Both the position numbers and the translations under genes were made by a program. The notes beneath the pieces were generated by a model. The model made no database searches. It was not told where the DNA came from and worked only from the letters and a program-made list of their open reading frames with translations. A stretch of DNA of 64,000 nt from an uncultured delta proteobacterium (GTDB taxonomy: Bacteria; Desulfobacterota; RBG-13-43-22): contig CAVUPH010000037.1 in the NCBI GenBank assembly GCA_963743305.1, forward strand, positions 15,177-79,176. The letters are read 5' to 3'. Below, piece after piece: positions 1 to 9,725 of the stretch (position 1 is the stretch's first letter; each line of letters opens with the position of its first letter).

Positions 1-243
1 ACTTCGGCCCTGGATTCCGATTCGGAGGCCGAGGTTCAGCGGGCACTGGAAAACCTGATGACCGGGCGGACAACCCTGGTCATCGCCCATCGCTTTTCCA
101 CCATCCGCAAGGCCGATCGGATTATCGTCATCGCCGACGGCCGGATCGTGGAGCAGGGAAGACACGAGGAGCTGTGGCAATTGAATGGGGAATACCGGAG
201 GATCTATGAGATTCAGTTCCGGAACAAGGGCGACGAGGATTAA
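1..243 (+). CDS. msbA: ABC transporter ATP-binding/permease, C-terminal end (MsbA-like lipid A flippase); 5' truncated by window edge
   Basis: Frame 1 from base 1 reads TSALDSDSEAEVQRALENLMTGRTTLVIAHRFSTI (D-loop SALD, H-loop IAHR); lies in a lipid A locus. Confidence 0.7.
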   Translation, partial: TSALDSDSEAEVQRALENLMTGRTTLVIAHRFSTIRKADRIIVIADGRIVEQGRHEELWQLNGEYRRIYEIQFRNKGDED

Positions 244-246
244 CCG

Positions 247-1302
247 GTGGATTGGAGATGGCTGTCGGCCGGGGAGGGGGAAACGGCCTGGGATCAAGGG
301 CTGGAGCAGTTTGCGGAGGCCCCCTATTCCTTGCTCTATGGCTGGCGCCGGGTCTATGAGGAATCGCTGGGTCTCAAGACCCATTATCTCCTGGTCGAAG
401 ACCGGGGCCGGGTTCGAGGCCTCTGCCCTTTGGTCCTGATGAAGAGCCCCTGGATCGGCGGCGGCCGGCATCTCATTTCCCTGCCCTACCAGACCCGGGC
501 CGGTTTATGGACCCTCGACCCGGCGCTGCGGGAGGGGATGCTGGCGGCCGTCAACGCCCAAGCGGAGACCTTGAAGGCTGATACGGTGGAATTGCGGGAA
601 TTAGAGGCCCTCCAGGACCCCGAGATCCCGGCCAATCAAGAGCATCTGGAAATGATTCTGGAACTGCCGGGTGACTGGAAGGTCTTTGAAAAACAGGTCG
701 GCCCCCGGCTGCGCCAGGCCAGGAAAGCCCGAGAGTCGGGCCTGGTGGTGCGCCAGGGTGCGGGAAAAGACCTGATCGAGGATTTTTATCGGGTTTTTTC
801 AATCAGGATGCGGGAACTGTTTTTTCCGGTTTATCCGTTGAGGTTTTTTCAAAAGATCCTGCAGGTGTTTCCTGACCGCTGCCGGCTGCTTGTGGTCTAT
901 AAAGGGACGGTTCCGGTGGCCGGGATGCTTCTCTTCCGTTACCGGGCCAGTGTCAGCGCCCCTTATGTGGCCAGTTTGACGGCCCATCAAAACGAACATC
1001 CGAACCAGTTGTTGTACCAGACCGCCCTCCGGGACACCTGGGAGTCGGGGGCGTCCTATTTTAGTTTTTGCCGCAGCCAGTCGGGTTCGGGGACCTACCA
1101 ATTTAAACGCCAGTGGAAGGCCCAGCCCCGCCCCTTGCGCTACCTCTACCCTCGGGACAAAAACGGCGGGAGAGTCCACTCGATAGGGGAAGCCCGGCAG
1201 TCCCTCACTTACCACCTGGCGGCAACGTTCTGGCCTCGACTTCCTTTGTCCTGGACCCAATGGCTGGGGAGCCGCTTAATCCGCCGGTTGGTTATCGCCT
1301 GA
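247..1302 (+). CDS. FemAB-like GNAT protein (type associated with polysaccharide/PEP-CTERM loci)
   Basis: Motifs LISLPY, ELRE, PNQLLY and FSFCRSQSGSGTYQFKRQWKA resemble FemAB-related XrtA-system proteins. Confidence 0.8.
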   Translation: MDWRWLSAGEGETAWDQGLEQFAEAPYSLLYGWRRVYEESLGLKTHYLLVEDRGRVRGLCPLVLMKSPWIGGGRHLISLPYQTRAGLWTLDPALREGMLAAVNAQAETLKADTVELRELEALQDPEIPANQEHLEMILELPGDWKVFEKQVGPRLRQARKARESGLVVRQGAGKDLIEDFYRVFSIRMRELFFPVYPLRFFQKILQVFPDRCRLLVVYKGTVPVAGMLLFRYRASVSAPYVASLTAHQNEHPNQLLYQTALRDTWESGASYFSFCRSQSGSGTYQFKRQWKAQPRPLRYLYPRDKNGGRVHSIGEARQSLTYHLAATFWPRLPLSWTQWLGSRLIRRLVIA

Positions 1303-2015
1303 TGGAAAACCAGCGCTTGGCCAAGGTCCTCATTATTATCCCGGCCTATCAGGAGGAAGACAATATCTCCCGGGTGCTGGAAGACATCCGCGCCCACCTC
1401 CCCGAGCCGGATATTCTGGTCATCAATGACGGCTCCAGCGATCAGACCGCCGCCCGGGCCAGAGAGGCGGGGGTCAGAGTGATTGATCTGCCTTTCAACC
1501 TGGGGATTGGCGCGGCGGTGCAGACCGGGTTTCAATATGCCGCGGCCCACCACTACACCGCCGCTATCCAGATCGACGCGGATTATCAACATCCGGCCGA
1601 GGAGGCTCCCCGGCTCTTGAAAACCCTGGAAGATGAAAGAGCGGACCTGGTGATCGGTTCCCGTTTCATCACCCCGACCGGCTACCGCGGGTCCTGGATG
1701 CGCCGTCTGGGCAACCTGATTTTTCAGGGGGCCAACGCCTTGATCGTGGGTCAGCGGATCGTGGACAATACTTCCGGATTCCGGGCCTATTCGGAAAGGG
1801 CCATCGCGATCCTGGCCCAAAATTATCTGGGTGAATATCCGGAACCGGAATCGATCAGTTACCTGGATGCCAGCGGCTGCCGCCTGGTGGAGATACCGGT
1901 CAGGATGCGCACCCGTCCGGCCGGAGTTTCTTCCATCACCCCGATAAAAAGCGTTTATTACATGGTTCGGGTCTTGATCTCCATCCTTTCCTTCAAAAGA
2001 CGTCGGCGGAGGTAA
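1302..2015 (+). CDS. Glycosyltransferase family 2 (polyprenol-phosphate glycosyltransferase-like)
   Basis: ATG at 1302 overlaps the upstream TGA; IIPAYQEE, INDGSSDQT, QIDADYQH, GSRF, DNTSGFRAY motifs. Confidence 0.9.
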   Translation: MENQRLAKVLIIIPAYQEEDNISRVLEDIRAHLPEPDILVINDGSSDQTAARAREAGVRVIDLPFNLGIGAAVQTGFQYAAAHHYTAAIQIDADYQHPAEEAPRLLKTLEDERADLVIGSRFITPTGYRGSWMRRLGNLIFQGANALIVGQRIVDNTSGFRAYSERAIAILAQNYLGEYPEPESISYLDASGCRLVEIPVRMRTRPAGVSSITPIKSVYYMVRVLISILSFKRRRRR

Positions 2016-2018
2016 CCC

Positions 2019-2390
2019 ATGAATTTTGTTCTGTTGAAAATCAGCACCCTGCTGCTTTCCTTGTTTCTCTTCTTTTGGATTTTTTCCCTGATCCGGCGGA
2101 GAAGGCTGATGGAAGAATATTCTTTTTTGTGGATTATGATCGCCGGCGTGTTTTTAGGGTTGTCGTTTTTCCATCCCCTGATCGACCGGGTCGCCCATTG
2201 GCTGGGGATTGACTACGGCCCGACTGCGTTGTTCCTTTTCTTCAATGTCGTCACCATTTTTATTCTAATTCATTTTTCCATCCAGCTTTCGGACTTTAAG
2301 ACCAAAAAACGCATCCTGGCCCAGGAAGTGGCTCTGCTGAGGGACCGGGTGGACACGCTTTCCCGGCGGGATGGGGATCCGGACCTATAA
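2019..2390 (+). CDS. DUF2304-family small membrane protein
   Basis: 123 aa with three hydrophobic segments and a C-terminal LAQEVALL; typical partner gene of this GT2 class. Confidence 0.8.
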   Translation: MNFVLLKISTLLLSLFLFFWIFSLIRRRRLMEEYSFLWIMIAGVFLGLSFFHPLIDRVAHWLGIDYGPTALFLFFNVVTIFILIHFSIQLSDFKTKKRILAQEVALLRDRVDTLSRRDGDPDL

Positions 2391-2442
2391 TCGCAAAGTT
2401 ATATCTGTTCCGGATGGATGGCGGCAGGATTAACTAAAAAAA

Positions 2443-2615
2443 TGAACATCGAACATCGAACGTCCAGCATCGAATGAAAAACAAATATCCACTTCTGGTA
2501 TTTGAAAGCGGCTCAACGATCAATAGGATTCTGACCGAAAGCTTGATCAGACTCTCTACCAGATCAAGTCTGTTTCTTCATCTTTTTTCATTTAACCTTC
2601 GATGTTCGATGTTCA
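2443..2615. repeat. Heptamer-built inverted repeat (GAACATC units)
   Basis: tgaacatcgaacatcgaa (2443-2460) is the exact reverse complement of ttcgatgttcgatgttca (2598-2615). Confidence 0.85.
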
Positions 2616-2653
2616 ATGCTGCTAACATCCTGAACGGCATAAATTAGGCGGTA

Positions 2654-3520
2654 ATGAACCTCCTCACCTTTGACATCGAAGACTGGTATCATATCAACTA
2701 TCCGCGCACCGATTTTGAGCGCTTCGACCGGCAAGAGGACCAGCACTCGCTGGTGGATCGTCTTCAAGGGATTTTAGCGCTCTGCCGCAGGCACCAGGCC
2801 AGGGGGACCTTCTTTGTCCTGGGGCGCTTATTGGAGAAGCGCCCCAGGATCGGTGAACTGATCTTGGAGGCCGGACAGGAATTGGCCCTCCACGGGTATG
2901 AGCATCATCTCTTGCGGGATCGGGGACCCGAGGGGTTTCGCCGGGACCTGGAAGGCTCGCTCAAGGTTTTCCGGGACCTGACCGGAAAGCCGCCCTTAGG
3001 CTTCCGCGCCCCTTCCTGGTCCATCGGGCCGGACACCCTCTGGGCCCTGGAAATCCTCGAATCCTTTGGCCTGGCCTACGACGCTTCCATTTTCCCGATC
3101 AAGAATTTTTTATACGGTATTCCCACCGCCCCGTTGCGCCCTTTTTACCCCCGGGTCCAAGGCCGCTCCCTTAAACTCCTGGAGATCCCGGCATCGGTCT
3201 ATGCCTGGGGAACCCGGCGGGTCCCGTATTCGGGGGGACTTTATTTTAATCTCTGGCCCTGGGCGGTTATTCGTTTTTTTGCCCAGCGGGTCCTTCAGCA
3301 GGGCCGGTATAATTTGTTTTATTTCCACCCCTGGGATCTTTGGCCCCGGCCGAAGCGGTTGATCCGGGAATTAAGGGCCCGCTGGCTGCACCTGCACCTG
3401 GGAAATCCTCGGAAAAAATTTGAAACCTTGCTGAATCGGTTTCGGCTGCAATCCCTATCCGACGTATTACCGGCCCTGAAACAGGCGGCCGGGCCGGCGG
3501 ATCCGCTGGGAGGCGAATGA
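2654..3520 (+). CDS. Polysaccharide deacetylase (CE4, XrtA-system/DUF3473-like)
   Basis: LTFDIEDWYH, TFFVLG, LHGYEH, GFRAPSWS, YFHPWD motifs. Confidence 0.9.
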   Translation: MNLLTFDIEDWYHINYPRTDFERFDRQEDQHSLVDRLQGILALCRRHQARGTFFVLGRLLEKRPRIGELILEAGQELALHGYEHHLLRDRGPEGFRRDLEGSLKVFRDLTGKPPLGFRAPSWSIGPDTLWALEILESFGLAYDASIFPIKNFLYGIPTAPLRPFYPRVQGRSLKLLEIPASVYAWGTRRVPYSGGLYFNLWPWAVIRFFAQRVLQQGRYNLFYFHPWDLWPRPKRLIRELRARWLHLHLGNPRKKFETLLNRFRLQSLSDVLPALKQAAGPADPLGGE

Positions 3521-4986
3521 TTTCCAAAAACGATCGACCGTATCAATGGGGCTTTTACGCGCTGCTGGCCGGCCATCTGCTCCTTTGGCTGTCTCTGGGA
3601 ATGCTGCTGGACCTGCACCCGGATGAAGCCGACCACTGGGTCTGGTCGCGTTTCCTGTCCTGGGGCTACTACGAACATCCGCCCATGGTCGCTTGGGCGA
3701 TCCGGTTGTGCACCACCCTGCTAGGGAATAATCAATGGGCTCTGGAAATCGGGTCCCAGGTTCTGACCTTGTTGGTTTTTATCCTGATCTTTCAATTGGC
3801 CCGGAGGCAGTTCGGCGTTCGCGCGGCTTTTTTTAGCGTCCTGCTGCTGGAGGCGGCTCCCTTGTACGCCGTGGGCAGTATCATCTTTATCATCGATACG
3901 CCCCTGATGGTTTTTTACAGTTGGGCGGCCCTGGAGTTCTGGCGGGCTTGGGCCTCAAAGAGCAACGCGGCCTATTATCGGGCCGGAATCGCCTGGGGAC
4001 TGGCCCTCCTTTCCAAGTTCACCGCCGTCCTGTTTTTGGGAGCCGCCTTTTTGTTTTTGGTGTCTGCGCCGGAAAGACGAAAGGCCTTCCGCAATCCGCA
4101 CCTCTGGGCCGCCCTGGTTTTAGGGCTCCTTTTGTTTTCCCCCTTTCTCTACTGGAACTATCTGAACGGCTGGATTTCTCTGGGATCGCAGTTGGAAAAA
4201 GGCTTGACCGGGGGGAAGTTCGGAATTCAGGCCCTGGCTTTCGCGTTCGGGCAACCCCTGATTCTAGGACCGGTGTTGTTTTTCCTCCTGGCCGGGGCCT
4301 GGACCCGGACCTGCCGCGGGGGCGGCTGGCGGGATGACCCTTCGGCCTATCTGCTTTTTTTGACCGGGGTGCCGCTGCTGGTTTTCACCCTGGCGGCCTT
4401 TAAAGGAAAGTACACCGATCCCAGTTGGGGGAACGTCGCCTGGCTTTTCGGGGCGGTCCTTTTGGGAAAGAGCCTGGCGGAAAAGTGGCCCCGGATATCC
4501 AGGGTCCGAAAGTGGGTAGTGGGAGGGGCGGTGTTTTTGACCGGTTGGTTTCCGGTGATGCTGATCGCCGTCCATATCTTCTTCCCTTACCTGCCGGTCG
4601 CCGCCCACCAGGACCGGACCCTGGAAATGAGGGGTTGGAGGGAATTGGGGCAGGGTTTAGGGCGGGAATACGCCCGGGTCTTTCCGAATCAGGAAAAGGT
4701 GTTCGTGGTCGCCGACGATTACCAACTGGCCGGGGTCATTTCCTTTTACACGCCCCAGCATCCCTGGCCCTATTCTTTCGGCAAATCGGCGCGCAATATC
4801 TGGATTTCGCTGCCCGAGCTGAAAAATCAGGGGGCCCTGCTGGTCTGTTATCAGGATCATTGTCCCCAGGACCGGGAAAAAGCCCGGGTTCTTTTTTCAA
4901 AAATCGATAAACTCCGGGAGATCCAGATCTTCCGCAAAGAAGAAGTGGTCAAGACCTTCGAAGTTTATTATGTTGGAAACCGATGA
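3517..4986 (+). CDS. ArnT/PMT-like GT-C membrane glycosyltransferase (GT39/GT83)
   Basis: PDEADHWVWS...GYYEHPPMVAW, IDTP, LLSKFT motifs; many transmembrane segments. Confidence 0.85.
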   Translation: MISKNDRPYQWGFYALLAGHLLLWLSLGMLLDLHPDEADHWVWSRFLSWGYYEHPPMVAWAIRLCTTLLGNNQWALEIGSQVLTLLVFILIFQLARRQFGVRAAFFSVLLLEAAPLYAVGSIIFIIDTPLMVFYSWAALEFWRAWASKSNAAYYRAGIAWGLALLSKFTAVLFLGAAFLFLVSAPERRKAFRNPHLWAALVLGLLLFSPFLYWNYLNGWISLGSQLEKGLTGGKFGIQALAFAFGQPLILGPVLFFLLAGAWTRTCRGGGWRDDPSAYLLFLTGVPLLVFTLAAFKGKYTDPSWGNVAWLFGAVLLGKSLAEKWPRISRVRKWVVGGAVFLTGWFPVMLIAVHIFFPYLPVAAHQDRTLEMRGWRELGQGLGREYARVFPNQEKVFVVADDYQLAGVISFYTPQHPWPYSFGKSARNIWISLPELKNQGALLVCYQDHCPQDREKARVLFSKIDKLREIQIFRKEEVVKTFEVYYVGNR

Positions 4987-6149
4987 GAATCATCACCAAA
5001 TACATCCTCAAGGAAATTCTGACCCCTTTCGGGGTAACCTTGACCGTGTTCACCTTGATTTTTATTTTAGGGAACCTGATGCAGCTCATCGAGATGATCG
5101 TTCAAAAGGGGGTCGGAGTCTTCAATATCCTCCGCCTGCTGGGCTATACGCTTCCTTTTTTGATGGTCTATATTATACCCATGTCATTTTTTATCTCGAT
5201 CCTCTTAGGTTTTTTGCGCCTGGCCAGCGATAACGAGGTCACGGCCTTGAAGGGCTCGGGATTAAGTTTCTTTCAGCTTTTGCCGCCGGTTTTGATTTTG
5301 AGCCTCTCCGGAACTATCCTTACCGGGTTTGCGGCCATGGTTGCCCAGCCCTGGGGGGAGCACTCGCTGAAAAATCTACTGTTTCAGGTCGCCGTAGTGC
5401 AGGCCAAGGTCAGTTTGAAAGAACGGGTTTTTTATAACGAATTTAAAGAGCTGGTTTTTTATATTCAAAGGGTGCACGGGGACGGTTTATTGGAAGATGT
5501 CTTTATCTTTGACCAACGGGAAAAAGACCTTCCTCAGACGATTATCGCCAAACGGGGGTGGCTGATCCCTAATCCCAAAGAGCGTTCCTTGAACCTGCGA
5601 CTGGAAAACGGACATATTTATAACGTTTCTTTGAAATCCAAAAGCGCCCAGACTGTTTTCTTTAAGAGCTATGATCTATTCCTGCCTCTGGAGCAGATCG
5701 TCTCGGACCAGGAAAAGAGGGAAAAAAGCGAAACCGAAATGTATCTCCCGGAATTAAGAGAAAGAATCCGCATAACCTCGCCCACTGAAAAAAGGTATTA
5801 TAATTACCAGATCGAATATTACAAAAAGTTCAGCCTCCCTTTTGCCTGCCTGGTTTTGGGCATGATCGCCTTGCCCCTGGGCCTGCAGTCCAAGGTAGCC
5901 GGTCGTCCCTGGGCCATTATCCTGGGAGGAGCGGTCTTCTTCATTTACTATTTATTTTTATCCCTGGCCTTCAGCTTAGGGGAGCGGGGGGCGCTGCCGC
6001 CGGTTATCGGTCTGTGGTTGCCCAACATTATCGTTGGTCTTATCGGCATTTACCTCTTCCGCCTGGCCTATCTGGAAAAAGAGCTCACCTGGCTGATTCG
6101 CTTAAGACAGGCGGCGGCCTGGCTAATAAAAAAGGTAAGACGATCCTAA
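4983..6149 (+). CDS. lptF: LPS export ABC transporter permease LptF
   Basis: KYILKEIL, RLASDNEVTALKGSG, KKFSLPFACL, WLPNII motifs of the YjgP/YjgQ family. Confidence 0.85.
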   Translation: MRIITKYILKEILTPFGVTLTVFTLIFILGNLMQLIEMIVQKGVGVFNILRLLGYTLPFLMVYIIPMSFFISILLGFLRLASDNEVTALKGSGLSFFQLLPPVLILSLSGTILTGFAAMVAQPWGEHSLKNLLFQVAVVQAKVSLKERVFYNEFKELVFYIQRVHGDGLLEDVFIFDQREKDLPQTIIAKRGWLIPNPKERSLNLRLENGHIYNVSLKSKSAQTVFFKSYDLFLPLEQIVSDQEKREKSETEMYLPELRERIRITSPTEKRYYNYQIEYYKKFSLPFACLVLGMIALPLGLQSKVAGRPWAIILGGAVFFIYYLFLSLAFSLGERGALPPVIGLWLPNIIVGLIGIYLFRLAYLEKELTWLIRLRQAAAWLIKKVRRS

Positions 6150-7167
6150 CCGGCTGGTTCAAATTACTGTTAACCCCGCTGGGGGGCCTGGCCTCGGGAA
6201 TCTATGGACTGGGTGTGTTTTTACGCCTCTCCCTTTACCGAAGGGGACTGTTGCCGGTTCACCGATTGCCCCTGAGCGTCATCAGTATCGGGAACCTGGT
6301 CGTCGGGGGAACCGGCAAGACCCCCCATACGGCTTTAATTGCCGATCATTTCAGACGACAGGGAAGAAAGGTGGTCATCCTCAGCCGGGGGTACGGAGGA
6401 GATAAAAGCGCAAAAGGGGCGGTCATTTCCAGTCCGGAAGGAATAATCGGAACCCTTTCGGAGGGGGGAGAAGAGCCCTTCTGGCTGGCAGAACAATTGC
6501 CGGGGGTGGCCGTGGTGATCGGGAAAAACCGCTATCAGTCCGGCTTACTCTCTCGGGAACGCTGGGGAGTGGATCTGGCCATCTTGGACGATGGATTCCA
6601 GCACGTCGGTCTGGAGCGAAATGTCGATATACTACTCATTCCAGCCCACGAACCTTTTGGGACCGGGGGACTGCTCCCTCGGGGCACCCTCCGAGAACCC
6701 CGAAATCAGCTCAGCAGGGCCGATGTGGTCATCATCAGCCACACGGAAATGATCGCTGCCCGGGATCTGTCCGCCCTGGAAGGACAGATCAAAGCCCTCG
6801 ATCCCGGGATGCCCGTTTTTTTTTCCCGCCATGTTCCCCAAAGGCTCTGGAAATATCCGGAGGGTGAATCCCAACCCTTGTCCTGGTTAAAAGGAAAGCG
6901 GGTGCTGGCCTTTTGCGGGCTCGGTCAGCCGGAGTCCTTTCGCCACAGCTTGAAAAGCCTGGAGGTGGAATTGGTGGGCCTGAAGTCCTTTCAGGGATCA
7001 TCAGGTCTACCAGGAAAAAGACAAACGACCGTCTTCTGGAGGAGGCGGCCTCCTTAAAAGCGGAGGTGCTGCTGACCACCGAAAAGGATGCGCTGAAACT
7101 TGGGAACTGGCCTGACGGGCAGGCGGAGTTGCTGGTACTGGCCATTGGGGTAGAGATACCCGAATAA
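6014..7167 (+). CDS. lpxK: Tetraacyldisaccharide 4'-kinase (frameshift near 6990; start uncertain)
   Basis: VISIGNLVVGGTGKTP, ILSRGYGG, ILDDGFQH, LLPRGTLRE; the C-terminal LLTTEKDALKL lies in the shifted frame ending at 7167. Confidence 0.9.
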
Positions 7168-7236
7168 GAATTTCTGGGAAGTGTTGGAAAGCAAGATTTA
7201 ACCAAAAATTTGACTATTTTTGGTTGAAAATCTTCG

Positions 7237-7370
7237 AAATCCGAAATCCGAAACTCGAAACAAATCCAAATGACCAAATTTCGAAGAATTCGAAACGTTT
7301 TTGTTTTGGATCATTTGGATTTTGGACCTTCGTGCTTGTTTCGGAATTTCGTGCTTCGAATTTCGGATTT
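7237..7370. repeat. Heptamer-built imperfect inverted repeat (AAATCCG units)
   Basis: aaatccgaaatccgaaactcgaaa pairs with tttcgtgcttcgaatttcggattt; partial copies near 27500-27545 and 29408-29430. Confidence 0.75.
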
Positions 7371-7441
7371 AGAGATCATAACTTATTCATCAGAGTGTTA
7401 GGGATAAATCTTCCAGATAAAAAGGTATCAGATTCGTCCTC

Positions 7442-8536
7442 ATGGCCGATCCTTTTCGTAAAATTTTAATTCGCTCTACCAACTGGCTGGGAGATGCCTT
7501 ATTGACCACCCCGGCCATTCATAGTATAAAAACCCATTTTCCCGAGGCTGAATTAGCGGTCCTGGCTCGGCCGGGAGTGGCCCCGGTCTTTGAAACGAAT
7601 CCCGATGTCCGGCAGGTGATTATTTATGAAAATAAAGGCCGCCATCGAGGGATTCGTGGTAAGTGGCTCCTGGCGAAGGCCCTGAAACCGTTGAATTTTG
7701 AAGTCGTCGTGCATTTTCCCCATTCCTTTGAGTCGGCCTGGATTTCCTTCTTAAGCGGTATTCCGGTCCGGGTGGGGTATGCCACGGAAGGACGGGGACG
7801 GCTGTTGACCCAGACCAAACCCCTTCCTTTGAGATTCAATGACCAGCACCAGGTACTCTCCTTTATGCAGCTTCTGGAGGGCTTGGGGATTCGCGAAATT
7901 CCAGACCCGGAGAGACACCCCCTGCGGTTGAGGGTGGCTGAAAATTGGAAAGAGGAGGCCGGCCGGCGACTCGCCTCCTTTGGTGTCAGACCCGATGATC
8001 CGGTGATCGGTTTGGCTCCGGGCGCCCAGTACGGACCGGCCAAGTGTTGGCCGTTTTCGGCATATGAAAAATTGGCGGAACGAATCCAGCACCAAAGAGG
8101 CGCTCGGGTTATCCTCTTGGGTGCCGCCGGAGATGCGCTGGGCACTGCACCGGGCGGGAAGGAAATCCCCCAGGGGCCCTTTATTAATTTAATGGGCCAA
8201 ACTTCCCTGGGAGAAGCCCTGGCCCTGGTGGAGCGCTGCCAGGCGGTGGTCAGTAATGATTCCGGATTGATGCACGTGGCGGCGGCTTTGAACAGGCCCC
8301 TGGTGGCCCTGTTCGGTTCGACCAGCCCGGAAAGGACCGGGCCCTGGGGGAAGACCTCCCGGGTGATCCGGAAGCCGTTTCCCTGCAGTCCCTGTTTTCG
8401 AAAAGAATGCCGAGAGGCTCGCTTTTGCCTGGAAGCCATCGGCGTGGATGAGGTCTGGGAAGCCCTGAAAGACCTGACCCAAGACTCAATAGCCGGGGCG
8501 GGCACCGCGAAGCCTGAAAACAAGGCTTCTTCATAA
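7442..8536 (+). CDS. waaF: LPS heptosyltransferase II (GT9)
   Basis: ILIRSTNWLGDALL, APGAQYGPAKCWP, SNDSGLMHVAAA, LFGST motifs. Confidence 0.9.
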   Translation: MADPFRKILIRSTNWLGDALLTTPAIHSIKTHFPEAELAVLARPGVAPVFETNPDVRQVIIYENKGRHRGIRGKWLLAKALKPLNFEVVVHFPHSFESAWISFLSGIPVRVGYATEGRGRLLTQTKPLPLRFNDQHQVLSFMQLLEGLGIREIPDPERHPLRLRVAENWKEEAGRRLASFGVRPDDPVIGLAPGAQYGPAKCWPFSAYEKLAERIQHQRGARVILLGAAGDALGTAPGGKEIPQGPFINLMGQTSLGEALALVERCQAVVSNDSGLMHVAAALNRPLVALFGSTSPERTGPWGKTSRVIRKPFPCSPCFRKECREARFCLEAIGVDEVWEALKDLTQDSIAGAGTAKPENKASS

Positions 8537-8618
8537 GAGTTTGATTTTAAAATTAATATATTTATTACTTTTAATTATTGAAATAGCAAACTTAACGGAA
8601 GTCTATTTAAATACTAAG

Positions 8619-9725
8619 ATGAGCCTATTTAGGAGACTGCCCCTGCCTCCCCCTAAGGGCGAAATCAAACGCATCCTCCTGGTTCAGCCGAGCCGGATCG
8701 GGGATATTGTTTTCAGTTTGCCCACCCTGTCCGCTCTGCGCCGGACGTATCCTAGGGCCAGGATAACCTGGCTGGTAGATGACCGCTGCCGGGACCTGGT
8801 TGAAGGACACCCGGACCTGGATGAAGTGCTGGTGGCTCCCTTCAAGGCGATGGAGGAGGCCCTTAAAAAGAAAGCCTGGAAAGCGATGGGGCAAACCTTC
8901 AGCCGGTTAAAAAGGGAGCTGCGCTCCCGATCTTTTGACCTGTCCATCGATTTGCATGGTTTGGCCAAGTCGGCCCTGCTGGTGTGGATGGCCGGGGCCC
9001 GCTGGCGGATAGGTTCGGCCAATACCACCGGGATGAAAGAATTGTCCGGGTTTTTCTCTCGGGAGATTTCCCCCCGCCCCCATGATCGGCATACCGTGGA
9101 AAGAAACCTCTCAGTCATTGATTTTCTGGGAGGACCGACCCACGAGATCCAATTTCAATGGGCGATTTCCGAGACCGCCCAAAATCAGGTTCGCGAAATC
9201 CTGGTCTCGGCCGGCCGCCGGGAGCAGGAAAGGCTGGTGGTCATTCATCCGGGAGCCGGTTGGCTCTCCCGCCGTTGGCCGGCGGACCGCTTTGCCGAAT
9301 TGATCAATACCCTGGGATTGACCCCCGGCCTGCGGTTGGCCGTGATCGGGGGTGCCGCGGGCGGCAGCCAGGAGGGCCGTCTGTTCGAAGCGCTTTTTTC
9401 CCTGATCCGAGTGCCGGTGATTGATCTGGTTAATCGGCTGAGTCTCAAACAGTTGATCGCCCTGCTTAAGGAAACCGACCTTTTCATCGGCAACGAGGCC
9501 GGTCCCATGCACCTGGCCGCGGCCCTGGATCGGCCCGTGGTGGCCATTATCGGGCCGACCCGACCGGAGTTGACCGGACCTTTCGGCCACAAAGCCCGAA
9601 TCATCCGAAAACCGGTTTCCTGCAGTCCCTGCCGGGACCGGAATTGTTCGGAGTTAACCTGCATGAAAGCCATCGAGGTCAGGGATGTTCTGGAAACGGT
9701 CCGGTCAGTTGACGGGTTTCATTGA
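8619..9725 (+). CDS. Glycosyltransferase family 9 (WaaC-like heptosyltransferase)
   Basis: PSRIGDIVF, IDLHGLAKSA, HPGAGWLSRRWP, GNEAGPMHLA; ATG at 8619 preferred as start. Confidence 0.85.
   Translation: MSLFRRLPLPPPKGEIKRILLVQPSRIGDIVFSLPTLSALRRTYPRARITWLVDDRCRDLVEGHPDLDEVLVAPFKAMEEALKKKAWKAMGQTFSRLKRELRSRSFDLSIDLHGLAKSALLVWMAGARWRIGSANTTGMKELSGFFSREISPRPHDRHTVERNLSVIDFLGGPTHEIQFQWAISETAQNQVREILVSAGRREQERLVVIHPGAGWLSRRWPADRFAELINTLGLTPGLRLAVIGGAAGGSQEGRLFEALFSLIRVPVIDLVNRLSLKQLIALLKETDLFIGNEAGPMHLAAALDRPVVAIIGPTRPELTGPFGHKARIIRKPVSCSPCRDRNCSELTCMKAIEVRDVLETVRSVDGFH

Noticed and set aside
1113-1301. N-terminal extension of the GT2 ORF
   Set aside because: Overlaps the FemAB-like gene; ATG 1302 is coupled to the upstream stop and GT2 similarity starts there
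7224-7469. Small ORFs over repeats (also 23176-23412, 24604-24795, 27219-27515, 11626-11850)
   Set aside because: They are translations of palindromic or low-complexity repeats
7624-8523. Long antisense ORFs (also 17620-18507, 23422-24318, 30039-30818, 49980-50789, 62882-63772)
   Set aside because: Shadow frames of well-supported GC-rich genes with no recognisable motifs
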